Under the pieces are notes generated by a model. It did no database searches. It saw only the letters and a list, made by a program, of their open reading frames with translations, and was not told the origin of the DNA. Shown here piece by piece: positions 45,716 to 54,549 of a stretch of 64,000 bases of DNA. Position 1 is the stretch's first letter. Each line of letters begins with the position of its first letter. Origin of the DNA: a virus; the IMG/VR virus record IMGVR_UViG_3300030042_000123, positions 6,941 through 70,940 of that record. One strand, given 5' to 3'. The translations under genes and the position numbers were made by a program.

Positions 45716-47083
45716 TTAAGTTTGGATTTTTCCAAACGTTGGAGTACGTCCAATCGGGATGTTGGGGTTCTCCCAGTCCTTGCCCGGGACAGTGCGCGGG
45801 TCAAAGATGGGCTCGCCGCTGCCCGTGGGATTCGGGCCACCTGATGGTCCTTTGTTCCCGATAAACGGACCCGCTTCGCCATCATTTGGATCGGGACGGA
45901 CGACCGGGTTGTAGATCGTGGGTAGGCCAGTATTGATCGGGATCAAGTACCGCGTATCCCCTTCATCCAAAAGGGATGACATGAACTCCTGCTGGAGGAG
46001 GATACCTCTCGGGTTCTTGGAAACCACGTTATTGATGACCAACCGCTCCGCGTTGCGACGAACGATCAGATCACCAGCCTGAATGATGGGGGTGGGACCG
46101 AGGTAGCTGCGGGAGTCTCTGGTCACCTTCCTGCCGCCTTCGTTGAGTTCCACACTCATTGCGGTGTCGGGAGAGATGTAGATGAAGTCGTAAGGACCGT
46201 AGTAGCCGCCCACGATACCCACGCCGAAGCAGGATGGGCACGTGCTGCGGGCTTGACCCAACCCAGTCTCGGAGCAACCACAGAGCTTCCCACGAGTCTT
46301 TTTGAACATCAGGTAAGCGGGCTCACCCACTTCTTCGAAAATCCACTGGTTACGGCGGACCATCTCCTGATACTCCCACGTGATCTTGTCAACTTCCATC
46401 GTGTTGACGATCATCGAATCTCTTTCACCCGGCTTGTGGAGTTCGCCATTTTCTCCCACGGGTACAATCGTGTAAAAGGTCCTGACCATCGACTCGTAAA
46501 TCTCTACGAAGTTGTGGAGCTTCTTGTATCTGACTTGAAACTTCTGCACCCCAGAATAGTCAGCCTGCCACACCACACCATCCGACTTCAGCGGGTAAGC
46601 ACTCACCGCACCACCGAGGGGCAGCGTGTTGTCCATCTGTAGCCAAATGGTTTTGTCCAGCCCGGACACCTGAGCGGGTTTGAACTCCTGCCCGTCGAGG
46701 ATGACAGTAATGATGAGGGAGCCATTGGGTCCGTAGGGGCTATTTGCCAGCACTGGGCGACCCTGTACCACATCGGAGTACGGGAAATCGGGGATGCGGA
46801 AAACCCAACTGCCCTGACCGCGATTTATGGATGACCCGTTATAGGGCGTGCCTCGTGCGAGCCAATCCTTAGGTTCAATCGTGTAGAGCACCTCTTCGAG
46901 AGCCGACTGGTCCCGATAGAAATGTCCGGGCCAAGGGTATGAGTTGAGCTTCACCCAGTTGGTGGGATAGTCAAAAGCGCGGTAGATGTTGTAGCCCTTC
47001 TTGCCTTGACGGTCGTCATCCACCCACCACAGATCGCGGCTGCCGACGTAGCTCGAATTCATCACCAGCAGATTAGTTATCAT
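45716..47083 (-). CDS. Putative head-tail joining/closure protein with Zn motif
   Basis: LCGC...CPSCFGVGIVGGYYGP; position between adaptor and sheath. Confidence 0.5.
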   Translation of the reverse strand: MITNLLVMNSSYVGSRDLWWVDDDRQGKKGYNIYRAFDYPTNWVKLNSYPWPGHFYRDQSALEEVLYTIEPKDWLARGTPYNGSSINRGQGSWVFRIPDFPYSDVVQGRPVLANSPYGPNGSLIITVILDGQEFKPAQVSGLDKTIWLQMDNTLPLGGAVSAYPLKSDGVVWQADYSGVQKFQVRYKKLHNFVEIYESMVRTFYTIVPVGENGELHKPGERDSMIVNTMEVDKITWEYQEMVRRNQWIFEEVGEPAYLMFKKTRGKLCGCSETGLGQARSTCPSCFGVGIVGGYYGPYDFIYISPDTAMSVELNEGGRKVTRDSRSYLGPTPIIQAGDLIVRRNAERLVINNVVSKNPRGILLQQEFMSSLLDEGDTRYLIPINTGLPTIYNPVVRPDPNDGEAGPFIGNKGPSGGPNPTGSGEPIFDPRTVPGKDWENPNIPIGRTPTFGKIQT

Positions 47084-47258
47084 TCAAACGTCCTTCCAAA
47101 TTTTTCTTCAGCCACGCGGAAACCTTTTCGATGGTCTCTTCAACGCTGTCAACGCACAGGCGACCCGAATGGAATTGGGGATTGTCTGTAATCGTGATGT
47201 GCAGACTTGGATACTCCGTGTGCCCCTGATACATTGCGATCTTCTTCATGTTAACCAA
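47073..47258 (-). CDS. Small hypothetical protein
   Basis: Overlaps both neighbours in operon fashion. Confidence 0.5.
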   Translation of the reverse strand: MVNMKKIAMYQGHTEYPSLHITITDNPQFHSGRLCVDSVEETIEKVSAWLKKNLEGRLNDN

Positions 47259-48204
47259 GCAGCCAGCGTTGCTGGCGCAAGCCCACGCTCATCGGACGGT
47301 TGGCTGTCACGAGTGGAGCCATCGTGTTGAACTGTGTCATGTACGAATCGCCTAAGCCGCCGTACAGATCGGCCTTATTGATATCCAAGCTCACACCGTT
47401 CAGTGAGTAGCTGAACTGATCGGCTGCCCAGCGGTTGCCTTCCTGCTTAAGACAGAGCCCAGCGGCACCGAGGGCGGCGATGCGACCCCAATCCAACGGG
47501 ATCGTGTCAAGCGTGTAGTTGTAGACGTTCATCGGGTTGTACCAGTTCAACATGCTGATCGCCATGTCCAGTTGCATCAAAATTTCCGCATCCAACCAGA
47601 TGTAGCCTACGCGAGTGTTGTAACCTGCGACCACACGGCTCGGCGTCGGCGGGCGGAAGTGGTAATTACGGTCGGGGTTCGTATCCGACAAGAGCGTGCG
47701 GACGTACATCACCGCCTTGGCAAACATGGCGGGGGTAGTCATCCCAGAATTGACAATGGACTCTGGAACGGCGATGATAACCGATGGGGCTTCGAATCCC
47801 GGGTTGGTTGGGTCAATGCCCTGAACAACGAATACTTCGACCACGGTGTCCAGCGGGCAGTCGGGATACATCTGGATGTTCCACACCAGACGGTAGACGC
47901 CCTTCCACGTGGTGGGAATGGTGATCGGCACGTAGTATGCGCCCTGCGACACGCGGGTGGGAATCGCCTGCGGGCAGCCAGCAAGCTGCACGTTCTCTTG
48001 CGGCAACGGAGGTCCGCCAGCCATGTTCTGGGGCTGGTGCAGGTCGTACTCATACGCCTGCGTGACCTTCATGGGTATCTGATCGGTGACGTGGAAAATC
48101 GTGTAGTTGATGAGAGTGGGGTCCACCAAAGCCCCTGTCGCATCCCGTACTAGGATGCTGAGGTTACTTGCTCCCAACGTCATGCCTTGAGTGAACGTGA
48201 CCAC
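47251..48204 (-). CDS. Putative head-tail adaptor with N-terminal Ig-like domain
   Basis: N-terminal beta sandwich; C-terminal VRTLLSDT...WLDAEILMQLDMAISMLN...FSYSLNGVSLDI helical adaptor-like part. Confidence 0.5.
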   Translation of the reverse strand: MVTFTQGMTLGASNLSILVRDATGALVDPTLINYTIFHVTDQIPMKVTQAYEYDLHQPQNMAGGPPLPQENVQLAGCPQAIPTRVSQGAYYVPITIPTTWKGVYRLVWNIQMYPDCPLDTVVEVFVVQGIDPTNPGFEAPSVIIAVPESIVNSGMTTPAMFAKAVMYVRTLLSDTNPDRNYHFRPPTPSRVVAGYNTRVGYIWLDAEILMQLDMAISMLNWYNPMNVYNYTLDTIPLDWGRIAALGAAGLCLKQEGNRWAADQFSYSLNGVSLDINKADLYGGLGDSYMTQFNTMAPLVTANRPMSVGLRQQRWLLG

Positions 48205-48776
48205 TATGCACCTACCTGTTTACGATGGGTTTCCACCCAGTTTTTCTGAGGCAGGATGCGGCGAAGCACGGGGCTCAACTCCATCATGTCCTCATAAGAG
48301 AGATAGTTATTCTTAATTCGATTGCAAACGATACAGGCGACGACGCAGTTCTCTTTTGAATACCCCAAAGCGTTGTTTTTTCGATCAAGGTTTGTGCGGG
48401 CGTTTCCCCTTCCTTGATTGTGATCCGTCCATAAAATAGTCGAGCCGCAATAATGGCATTCGGCGATTTGGGTAAACTCCAAAAACTCTTCGTATGTCAG
48501 CATCACGGTCAGACCGCGCTTGGAGGAGATGTGGCGCAGTCTGTTCAGCAGCCACTCAAACGGGCGTTTGCGGAGACCCCTCTTGCGTGGAAGGATGGCT
48601 TGAATCCCGTCACGGCTGCAACAAGACCGACAGAACCCTCCGTGGGTCGGCAGTTTGCTCGGGTCAATCCAGAGGTCCTTTCCGCAACCCGCACAGCGGT
48701 ACAGACACATGGTTTTGTTCTGCTTTCCCTGCGGGCGAAGTTCCATTCGAACGGCATCTGTGATTTGCAAACTCAT
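48204..48776 (-). CDS. HNH-like homing endonuclease
   Basis: CHYCG...NLDRKNNALGYSKENCVVACIVCNRIK. Confidence 0.8.
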   Translation of the reverse strand: MSLQITDAVRMELRPQGKQNKTMCLYRCAGCGKDLWIDPSKLPTHGGFCRSCCSRDGIQAILPRKRGLRKRPFEWLLNRLRHISSKRGLTVMLTYEEFLEFTQIAECHYCGSTILWTDHNQGRGNARTNLDRKNNALGYSKENCVVACIVCNRIKNNYLSYEDMMELSPVLRRILPQKNWVETHRKQVGA

Positions 48777-48819
48777 GGATTCTCTCTAGAGAAGAGTTCA
48801 AAAGTCAGTATTCATAAAT

Positions 48820-49392
48820 ATGAGCTTTGGACCGAGCAAAATCGCAGCGGACATACGACAGCTTCATGCCGCTTTGACCGTCAGAGGGATGTTGAACTGG
48901 GCGACCGACCCAAATCTGTCGATGTTCGCAACGGCGATCTTCACTCGTCTTCAATATCTTGATAACAAACAAATTACGAAGGAGAACGTGCCCTCGCTCC
49001 TACCGCAGGTCGGCCCGAGGAAGAAATATCCGAAGATCAGCCGCGTTTTGCAGGGCGCTGACGATCTTGATTGTGTCCCTGCAACGATAGCGTGTCTGAC
49101 GGGCAGCACATTGATTGAGGTTTTGGAGGCAGTGAAGAACGATGCGATTGGTGGTGCGGATAAGTTCGCCTACGACAAGGGCATGAGGCTGATAGACATG
49201 GTGCAAGAGCCTGAACTTGGGAGACGATATTTGGCTCTTGTGGTTGGCGGCAACGAGGAGAAACCCGGCCACGCCACGGTCTTAGATTACGACGGTACGT
49301 TTGTGGACCCGTCACCCTTCCTCGCGGATCGCATCCCTTTCGACATCTACCCACTCCCGTTTATCGTCTTCGCCGAGGTCGATTATGTTTGA
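48820..49392 (+). CDS. Papain-like (C39-like) peptidase
   Basis: LQGADDLDCVPATIA (Gln/Cys), GHATV (His), VDP (Asp). Confidence 0.6.
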   Translation: MSFGPSKIAADIRQLHAALTVRGMLNWATDPNLSMFATAIFTRLQYLDNKQITKENVPSLLPQVGPRKKYPKISRVLQGADDLDCVPATIACLTGSTLIEVLEAVKNDAIGGADKFAYDKGMRLIDMVQEPELGRRYLALVVGGNEEKPGHATVLDYDGTFVDPSPFLADRIPFDIYPLPFIVFAEVDYV

Positions 49393-49614
49393 TTCAGTTA
49401 TGACAACCATAGATAAGGAAACATTTCAAAAGGAAGGCTCCAACATGGCAAATCACATTTCTGAACTTCCCCTTGGCGCGAGTACGGGCACTTCTGCGAA
49501 GAAGATAGAGGCTAAACCCGTTGATAACGCGGCTTGGGTTCAACTCGGGCGGATGCTCTCACCCTTGAAGATCAGGGTGCGACGTTCCTAACAAATCTAC
49601 TTGGGGACAAGCGA

Positions 49615-50205
49615 ATGGTGCTTTTCAATTTGTGCGGGGGTCCGGGAGCGGGAAAGACCACATTTGGATACTATCTGGCGTATCGGCTTAAAAAGGCGGG
49701 GGTTAGGGCGGATTTGCTGTACGAGCCCGCCCGTGATCTCATCTACGGCGGCGTACCCAACACGGTGCCGCCACAACTTCTCGACAACCAAATCCTCATG
49801 GTCGGACAGACCTATGAGCGGGTGCTGCGGCTCCAGCGGCACGGCTTCGAGGCGGTCGTAAGCGACTCCCCCATCATCCAGTGCCTACTTTACTGCAAGG
49901 GTCACATCTACTACGACAACCTCAAAAAGGCCATCCGCGATATCGAACCAAATTTCGATACCTTTAACGTCTTCATCCATCCGCGACCCGGAAGTTACGA
50001 CCCCGAGTCCCGCACGCAGCGGACGGAGGCGGACGCACGGGCTCTCGACACAACTGTGCGCGATCTAGTTGGGGATTTTTGGTTGGAGATTAACTGGGAT
50101 CAGGAGAGTCTTCTGGGGGATCGGGCTGTAGAGCTAGTTCTTTCCACTCGGCAATCTCTTCCGGCGTCGGCGGCTTCTTCCACCAAGGCTCCTTCACGGG
50201 AGTGA
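49615..50205 (+). CDS. NadR/Ttd14-like (AAA_28) P-loop kinase
   Basis: FNLCGGPGAGKTT, EPARDL, VVSDSPII; likely start MVLF at 49615. Confidence 0.7.
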   Translation: MVLFNLCGGPGAGKTTFGYYLAYRLKKAGVRADLLYEPARDLIYGGVPNTVPPQLLDNQILMVGQTYERVLRLQRHGFEAVVSDSPIIQCLLYCKGHIYYDNLKKAIRDIEPNFDTFNVFIHPRPGSYDPESRTQRTEADARALDTTVRDLVGDFWLEINWDQESLLGDRAVELVLSTRQSLPASAASSTKAPSRE

Positions 50206-50449
50206 CGTACTTCCCATCAACGGGAAGCTCGGTGAGGCAAAGAGAACAAGTCGGAGGTTCAGGGTCAACTTCACCTTCCGCGAGAAATGCCTTGTACAAA
50301 TCCACGAGCGTGTCGTCGTGGCCGTGCTTCATGCAGTAGATGGAATTCCACACGTGAACGATGGCGTGTTTGAGCCATTCGGGTGCCCAAGGTATCCAGC
50401 CGTGTTTCCAGCCGTAGCAGAAGTAGCCATCATGGAGCACCAGCCCCAT
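50090..50449 (-). CDS. Hypothetical Trp/His/Cys-rich protein
   Basis: C..HGHD...C.LC pattern; 3' overlap with the convergent gene. Confidence 0.5.
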   Translation of the reverse strand: MGLVLHDGYFCYGWKHGWIPWAPEWLKHAIVHVWNSIYCMKHGHDDTLVDLYKAFLAEGEVDPEPPTCSLCLTELPVDGKYVTPVKEPWWKKPPTPEEIAEWKELALQPDPPEDSPDPS

Positions 50450-50456
50450 CTTGTGT

Positions 50457-50867
50457 CTACGTCTCCAGCCAGCCCTCTTTGAGTTCTTGGTCGGTGAATT
50501 CATACGTTTCAGATCGAATCTTGCTGTTAAGCCGATACCCCATCATCTCGGAATAGTGGTGTCGTCTATGTTTCAGGTATTTCAGATTTCGCTGCCAGTG
50601 CAAGTGTGGGCGTTTTGTTTCTTCCGAGGCGACAGACCATTCTTCGTTTGTTAAGGAAGCTGGTTTGATCTCTTCCAATCGCTGCATCGCGTGGACGAAA
50701 CATTGCTCCAAGAAAACGCCCAGCGAGCGGGCAAGGCCCGCATCCGTGTGTTCGTCACTCAACGGAAAGCGAGTTCGCAGTTCGTTGAACAACGGACCAA
50801 CGGTATCGTTGAACCGCATGATGGGCAGTAGGAATTCCTCAGCGGGCAGTTTGATTGGCGAGGACAT
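50457..50867 (-). CDS. Hypothetical protein
   Basis: Operon-like packing. Confidence 0.55.
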   Translation of the reverse strand: MSSPIKLPAEEFLLPIMRFNDTVGPLFNELRTRFPLSDEHTDAGLARSLGVFLEQCFVHAMQRLEEIKPASLTNEEWSVASEETKRPHLHWQRNLKYLKHRRHHYSEMMGYRLNSKIRSETYEFTDQELKEGWLET

Positions 50868-51144
50868 TTTTAGCGTGTTCTCCGACGATGCCGATCAACC
50901 ACTGTGCTGCCAAGAGATCGCCCTGCGTTTTCTTGTTGGTGCTGATGATGCCCACGGGCTCAATTTCGTACTGCGCGGGAACCTTCTTACGGGCCGCGTC
51001 GGTTGCTTCAAACATGTAGTTGACGACCTCAAGCCCACCCTTTAGGTGCTTGGCGACGATCTTGAGATTGGGGTCGTTGGATTTGCGGAGCGTGGCTGCC
51101 GCTTTGCGGATCAGTTCGGATTGCTTCTTTGTCAGTTTTCTCAT
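50839..51144 (-). CDS. Hypothetical protein
   Basis: Operon-like packing. Confidence 0.55.
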   Translation of the reverse strand: MRKLTKKQSELIRKAAATLRKSNDPNLKIVAKHLKGGLEVVNYMFEATDAARKKVPAQYEIEPVGIISTNKKTQGDLLAAQWLIGIVGEHAKNVLANQTAR

Positions 51145-51147
51145 AGA

Positions 51148-51492
51148 TTAACCATGTGCTTGTATTGTATCAGGCGCATGGTTTGCTGGCAAGGCTCTTC
51201 CCATCTGGGATATTTGGGCGCTGGCGGCGGAATACTCGGGTACGTCGCCGTTCTGTTTGAGCTTCAAGTCCTCGTATGGGCGGGTGACACGCTCGTCGAA
51301 CTCAGCCATTGCCTTCTGGAGGACGCCCGCGACGGAATTGATGTTACCGTAGTCGATGCCCTTATCGAGGAGCCACTGCATGAAAAGGCGAGTAATGGCG
51401 TAGTTGAGATCGCCCGGGCTGTGAAGCTGCTCGGCGAGCGGGGTGATGAAGGGGTCAATGGCCTCGCGGCTAGACTCGTGAATGTACGGCAT
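51148..51492 (-). CDS. DUF6899-like phage protein
   Basis: MPYI....R......PGDLNYAITRL...Y......GVL.....EF..R...PYED.K...NGDV; GGAGG RBS. Confidence 0.6.
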   Translation of the reverse strand: MPYIHESSREAIDPFITPLAEQLHSPGDLNYAITRLFMQWLLDKGIDYGNINSVAGVLQKAMAEFDERVTRPYEDLKLKQNGDVPEYSAASAQISQMGRALPANHAPDTIQAHG

Positions 51493-52237
51493 GGGTTACC
51501 TCCTCAGGCAGAGAGACTTCCAGAATGAGGCTCCACGCGATTACGCAGTAGCCCAACAAATCCTTGATCGCGTCCGCCTTCGGTTCGTAGTTTGCTGTCC
51601 TGCCCAGAGCACTCAATTGGGCGTAGCGAGCCATCTTGTCCCAAATGCGAGGGACGGTGCCTTGTAGCCCGTGGCGGCGGAAGCTCTCGCCGTAGTCGGC
51701 GGTCTTGCTCAGGAGGGTCTCCGTGATCTTTTGAATTTTGAACTGCACCATCGGCAGGAGATCGACCATGCCTTCTTTGGTTGGGGCTCCCTTGATTACT
51801 CCATCTTCGAGTAGGCACATGACCGCCGAGATGTACACCATGAAGTGCAAGGTCTGCTCGATCATTTGGAGCATCCCCTGCGACCATTGTGCGAGTGGAG
51901 TCTCGCGGTAGCCGTCGCCCACACCTTCGAGGATGTAGTAGTGATACATCCATTGGAGGAACAACGCTTCTTGGTTATAGTGGTAGTCTGGAGGCAGTGC
52001 CTCGGCGAGGATGGCAGCGTTGGGAGTAGTATCAACAGGCTTCCCACGGATGATCGCGTGTCCAGTGAAACCTGAGGCGAGTAGCTGTTCGTTAGTTTGA
52101 AGCCCCCGAGCAACTAACTCGGTATCAATCATTTCAGGGAGCGCCAAGAGTGATTTACGCCACTCGTAATCACGTATCACAAAGAGGCCGGTGCGGACTT
52201 CTTGCCAGAAAGGAGAGCCTTTGAAAATGTCGTCCAT
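51470..52237 (-). CDS. Protein with C-terminal nucleotide-modification-associated (DUF1599/Nmad1-like) domain
   Basis: LLSKTADYGESF...G...RIWDKMAR...L...E...DAIKDLLGYCVI; start ATG 52237 with GTATTTA 5 nt upstream. Confidence 0.65.
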   Translation of the reverse strand: MDDIFKGSPFWQEVRTGLFVIRDYEWRKSLLALPEMIDTELVARGLQTNEQLLASGFTGHAIIRGKPVDTTPNAAILAEALPPDYHYNQEALFLQWMYHYYILEGVGDGYRETPLAQWSQGMLQMIEQTLHFMVYISAVMCLLEDGVIKGAPTKEGMVDLLPMVQFKIQKITETLLSKTADYGESFRRHGLQGTVPRIWDKMARYAQLSALGRTANYEPKADAIKDLLGYCVIAWSLILEVSLPEEVTHAVHSRV

Positions 52238-52275
52238 GACTATAAATACTGCGATTTTGGGTATTAAACAGTAGC

Positions 52276-52656
52276 ATGGCGAAAAAGAGATCGCACCCCG
52301 TAGAGGCACCCAAGCCGAGGCCTGTCCAAACGGAAGAACCCGTCGAGGTCCACGTATCAGTACCGCGAACAGGGTTCCCCGAACGGTTCAAGGTTTACGT
52401 CAACAGAAACGGACAGCAGACCGAGAACAGCTACTCGCAGACGCAGATGGAAGGACTCTACGAGCAGGCGTGTGCTTTGAGCACGACGAGTGGGCTGGCG
52501 AACTGTCACACGTGGGTGGAAGGCTTGAAGATCGACTATGCCGCCGCCGTGTGGATCATGGACATCATGGAGTACCGGGGGAGGGTTAAACCTATCGTGT
52601 ACAAAGACGGGGTAGCCGAATCCAGCGAACCCCGAAAGTTTACTGCGTCTTCCTAA
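52276..52656 (+). CDS. Hypothetical protein
   Basis: Divergent ORF with GTATTAA upstream. Confidence 0.55.
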   Translation: MAKKRSHPVEAPKPRPVQTEEPVEVHVSVPRTGFPERFKVYVNRNGQQTENSYSQTQMEGLYEQACALSTTSGLANCHTWVEGLKIDYAAAVWIMDIMEYRGRVKPIVYKDGVAESSEPRKFTASS

Positions 52657-53050
52657 ACTTTACCCGACCTTCCGCACTCGTAGGTGCGCCGTTGCACTTA
52701 CCGGGACGAAACCTCCATCCGCGCATGGCTTGCAGTACGGCTCGGACATCAGGATCGTTTACAGAGCCCTCCAGCACGAACGGGCTGTACACCGCACCAT
52801 CCCACCCCACGATAAAGTCCACCACCACGAGAGATGGGCCGTTCAACAGCGGGTTCGGCGTGTTCACTGGCGTTGGATTGACCGTATCGTAGCAGGCGGC
52901 AAGCCCGCTGCGGTCGCCGTAGCCTGTGTTGGCTACGGTTTTGTACTCTTCGATGCGGCTGACGAACCCAAAATTGGGAGTTCGTGGGGCTGGTGTCTGA
53001 GCTTGAGCGACCATCGACAACAGCAAAACGGCGATAAATGAGTGAGCCAT
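52640..53050 (-). CDS. Secreted TonB C-terminal-domain-like protein
   Basis: Signal peptide (FIAVLLLSMVAQA|Q); VVVDFIVGWDG.V....V........VRAVLQAMRGWRFRPGKCNGAP. Confidence 0.75.
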   Translation of the reverse strand: MAHSFIAVLLLSMVAQAQTPAPRTPNFGFVSRIEEYKTVANTGYGDRSGLAACYDTVNPTPVNTPNPLLNGPSLVVVDFIVGWDGAVYSPFVLEGSVNDPDVRAVLQAMRGWRFRPGKCNGAPTSAEGRVKFRKTQ

Positions 53051-53092
53051 GAGGCTATTCTACCTCATGGCTCACGAATTCAGCTAGGAATT
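53042..53092 (-). promoter_or_regulatory. Class-1 promoter (copy 3) with its -10 in the loop of a perfect 13-bp inverted repeat
   Basis: AATTCCTAGC-N18-GGTAGAAT-N6-ATG; GTGAGCCATGAGG-N8-CCTCATGGCTCAC (53042-53075). Confidence 0.8.
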
Positions 53093-53112
53093 TCCCCAAC
53101 AGAATCAACTAC

Positions 53113-54549
53113 TTATGCGTACACTTCCAACGGCACTTCCGCAAGCTGCCGAATTTCAGGGAATTTCTGGAACCGCAGGACCTCGCCGTTCAGGTACGCT
53201 GGTTCAAGAATGTCAAACGGGTAGCCCATCTTGCCGTCACCCCTGTACTGCATGGAGTGATAGCCGCCCTGCTGGTCGTCCAGAAGGGCCTGCCGCCCGC
53301 GCTTCGATGCCTTGCCGGGATCGGTGATCGGGTCTTTCCAGATTTCAATCTGCTGACCGTTGATGACAGCGTTGCAGCACTTGATTGCAACCTTCTGCGT
53401 ATCTCGGTTCAATTTCTGGAGCAGCCCACCACCCATACCAAACACGATGTTGGCTGCGGACCACTTGGCGTCCTTCATTGCCTGCAAAATCTTGCGGATG
53501 CCGTAGTGGTCGATGCCGTCGCCCCAGAGGACGCCGACGCAAGGCGGAAGCAGCTTGTAGCCGTTGCTCGTCTCGCGGATGCCGAACTTCTCGCCCAGAA
53601 TTTCCAGCACGCGAAGAGTGATCGCTACTGGATCACCGGAGTCGGGACGGACCACAACCTTGCCGTTACGGTTGCGGATGCGTTCGCGATACGTGCCGCC
53701 GATGATGTTGGCAGTGAAGTTGAAAATGTCGTAGGAATCGCCAACGAGGGAGAGAATACCCGTGGGCACTTCATCCAGTGCGTTCTCGACAAACTTTGAT
53801 TCGTACTCACGGCCCCACATAGTGGTGACGGAGTGCTCAGACGCGAATACGGAGTAACCCGGCATTTCGCCGCCGAACTTCCCGAATCCGTAGAACTGCT
53901 CGATGTAGTCAATTCCGGGCAGTGTGTCCGTGCCTTGGAAGTTGACAAGGTGAGCCGCAGCACCGATACCCATTTGCTCGACGCAAGTGACGCCGCGACC
54001 GCCGAAATCGTGAAGCTGATACGGCAACGTGGAGAAATCATCAGCCGTCTCCGCGAGGAACTCAGCGAGGATTTGCTTGGTATAGCGAGACCGCGTGACG
54101 ACAGCCGAGGGATACCACACGTGCTCCAGAATTGTTTCCGTCCAGCCCGGAACCCACGCACATTGATCGCAGGTGTTCTTCATCGTCCACATGACGTTCT
54201 TCACGGGGATCGGGAGACCTTCCTTGACCGCACGGATGTCCAGCGGTAGGTAGCCGCCATGTGCGTTGATGACGTGCCGCCAGCCTTCCTTGTTGAAGGC
54301 GCGGTCGTTCATGAAGTGCAGGCCCGCTTTGTACTCCGCTTCCTCAACATCAGTCAGCGTAGCGAACTTGCCCTCGATGTTGCGGATCATGTTGCCCTGC
54401 AAATCGAACAGGACGGTGTACGGGTACTCGCCGCCGCGAGCCTCATAGTAATACAGCATTTCCGTGGTGCCCGGAACGATGAACCGCCAGTGACCGACCT
54501 TGTAGCTGTCAGTCTTATGTAGTGGACGCGGTTTGAATGGACGTGGCAT
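53113..54549 (-). CDS. nadV: Nicotinamide phosphoribosyltransferase
   Basis: KTDSYKVGH, LHDFGGRG, HLVNFQGTDT, SEHSVTT, SLVGDSYD, VRPDSGDP, GDGI, FGMGGGLLQKLNRDT, KASKRGR. Confidence 0.95.
   Translation of the reverse strand: MPRPFKPRPLHKTDSYKVGHWRFIVPGTTEMLYYYEARGGEYPYTVLFDLQGNMIRNIEGKFATLTDVEEAEYKAGLHFMNDRAFNKEGWRHVINAHGGYLPLDIRAVKEGLPIPVKNVMWTMKNTCDQCAWVPGWTETILEHVWYPSAVVTRSRYTKQILAEFLAETADDFSTLPYQLHDFGGRGVTCVEQMGIGAAAHLVNFQGTDTLPGIDYIEQFYGFGKFGGEMPGYSVFASEHSVTTMWGREYESKFVENALDEVPTGILSLVGDSYDIFNFTANIIGGTYRERIRNRNGKVVVRPDSGDPVAITLRVLEILGEKFGIRETSNGYKLLPPCVGVLWGDGIDHYGIRKILQAMKDAKWSAANIVFGMGGGLLQKLNRDTQKVAIKCCNAVINGQQIEIWKDPITDPGKASKRGRQALLDDQQGGYHSMQYRGDGKMGYPFDILEPAYLNGEVLRFQKFPEIRQLAEVPLEVYA

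Noticed and set aside
4960-48776. Group I introns around the homing endonucleases
   Set aside because: Flanking genes appear complete and no P7/catalytic core pattern was recognised; the endonucleases look free-standing.
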